A DNA stretch of 63,524 bases, filler included, from Octopus bimaculoides (lineage: Eukaryota): assembly GCF_001194135.2 (NCBI RefSeq). It is 5 parts of 5 records of this genome, joined end to end, with 100 filler letters (N's around TTAATTAATTAA, not from the genome) between each part and the next. Parts side by side here need not be neighbours in the genome. Positions count along the whole stretch, not along the records: positions 62,088 to 63,524 come from NC_069001.1; 4 more parts are not named here. The stretch is one strand, 5' to 3'. Position 1 is the stretch's first letter. The number at the start of each line of letters is the position of its first letter. Below are positions 62,088 through 63,524 of this stretch, piece after piece. Below the pieces are notes generated by a model that saw only the letters and a list, made by a program, of their open reading frames with translations, did no database searches and was not told the origin of the DNA. A program made the translations under genes and the position numbers.

Positions 62088-62397
62088 ACACATTCTTTCG
62101 CCATAGCCACAAGTACGATGAAAATAGCTCTTCCTTCCCGTTTAAAGGAAGGAGGCGCGACAATATTCACGATAGACTCGGCTGATAGACCGACTCGTCC
62201 CACACGCGATAGCAGTTGTTCAACGTAAGCCCACAGCTCGGAAATGGTGGGACACTGTACGAGTGCGTGCAGAACGGTTTCGTCGCTCTGCCGGCATCTC
62301 GGACAGGTCGGCCCCGTGTTTCTCGAGCCATGCCTGTAGAGCTTATCCCGAACGGGTAGTGCTTCTCGATAGCACTGCCAGGCCAGGGATCTCCAGA
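62088..62397 (-). mobile_element. L1/Tx1-type LINE ORF2 fragment with a zf-RVT-like zinc-binding motif
   Basis: Open frame WRSLAWQCYREALPVRDKLYRHG...CPRCRQSDETVLHALVQC...LWAYVEQLL contains the CX2C...ET..H...C signature of the non-LTR RT C-terminal zinc finger. Confidence 0.88.
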
Positions 62398-62424
62398 CAG
62401 ATAGATAGGTAGGTAGGTAGACAA

Positions 62425-62467
<43 letters not shown>

Positions 62468-62545
62468 TAAATGTAGATGGGTAGATAGATAGATAGATTG
62501 ACTGATTGATTGATCAATAGGAAGATAGGTAGATAGATAGATGCA
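62398..62545 (+). repeat. (ATAG)n/(GTAG)n tetranucleotide microsatellite
   Basis: Read directly; abuts the 5'-truncation point of the Tx1-type fragment. Confidence 0.95.
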
Positions 62546-63317
62546 AATATATATATACACTCACACATACACAATATACAGCTAAATTAACATCTTTATC
62601 TGGTCTAGGCTTCAGGTCTATTGTTTGATAGCTTTCTTTGCCATTTTGTTTTTTCGGACCAGGTTTTCTTAAACAGCATTTAACATTACAAGAAGAAACA
62701 AAGAGAAAACTCAGTACAAGAAGAATGGAAACAATTATAATAATTACAAAAAGACAAAGATACAGCAAATATAAAAATATATAAAATCAAAAACAAAGAA
62801 AAATTTAAAAGAAACAACTTTTCCAGTTTTTCTTCAATATATTTATTTATTTTTGTCATTCTCAATGCCATCATTATCTTCGTCATCATTACCATCATCG
62901 TCATTATTGTAACTATTATTGTTATAATGTCTTATACATTGTTGAAGTGAGTGGTCACGCATTCTCATAGAATATTAATTCTATAGAAATTAATCACAAC
63001 CTCAAGCAAGTATCTCGGTTGTCTTTATTGAATAAATGAAGAGTGCAATTGACAGCTTTGAAGGGAGACGTTTAAAAAAAGAACCTGATTGTATGGAGAT
63101 ATCGAACTGAAGAAAGGAGGCATAGCAATGATGATGATGATGTTAATAATGTTTGGCCAATGACGGTGATGACAATGATGATGACGATCATGATGATGAT
63201 GATGATTATAATCTACTGGCAAAGATATCTCATTGTCTCCAACACAATTATTAAAACTGTGTGTTAATAATAATTGAAAGAATATATTGTACAGCTATTC
63301 ATATAAAGGTGCCTACG

Positions 63318-63361
<44 letters not shown>

Positions 63362-63474
63362 CAAATATGCATACATATAGCAGTATATTTATGTGTGTGT
63401 CTGTGTATTTATATGCATGTGTGTGTATATTTATGGATATAAATTTATGTTTATATGTTGTAAATATATGCCTA

Positions 63475-63524
<50 letters not shown>

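Overview
AT-rich, microsatellite-dense eukaryotic draft DNA. The SINE/LINE content looks like a coleoid cephalopod such as Octopus (inferred, not database-confirmed). Four identical 100-bp artificial linkers (44 N + TTAATTAATTAA + 44 N) split the window into five segments whose true order and spacing are unknown. Only one host gene is supportable: the large terminal coding exon (10444-11791, minus strand) of an SNF-related kinase (SNRK). It ends in CCSLV, and I could not find its kinase or UBA exons in the window. The rest is mostly tRNA-derived SINEs of several families, LINE remnants (RTE, CR1, R4/Dong, L1/Tx1), small hAT-, piggyBac- and foldback-like MITEs, simple repeats, and a ~7.4-kb CT-rich array with higher-order structure. 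I found no CRISPR array, rRNA, genuine tRNA or convincing new multi-gene system. The best leads are a pre-miRNA/dsRNA-like hairpin about 1 kb past the SNRK stop, the SNRK CC-aaX tail, a ~530-bp microsatellite-extended palindrome, a foldback MITE with a paralogous empty site, an AP-1 site cluster and a CpG-retaining promoter-like island.
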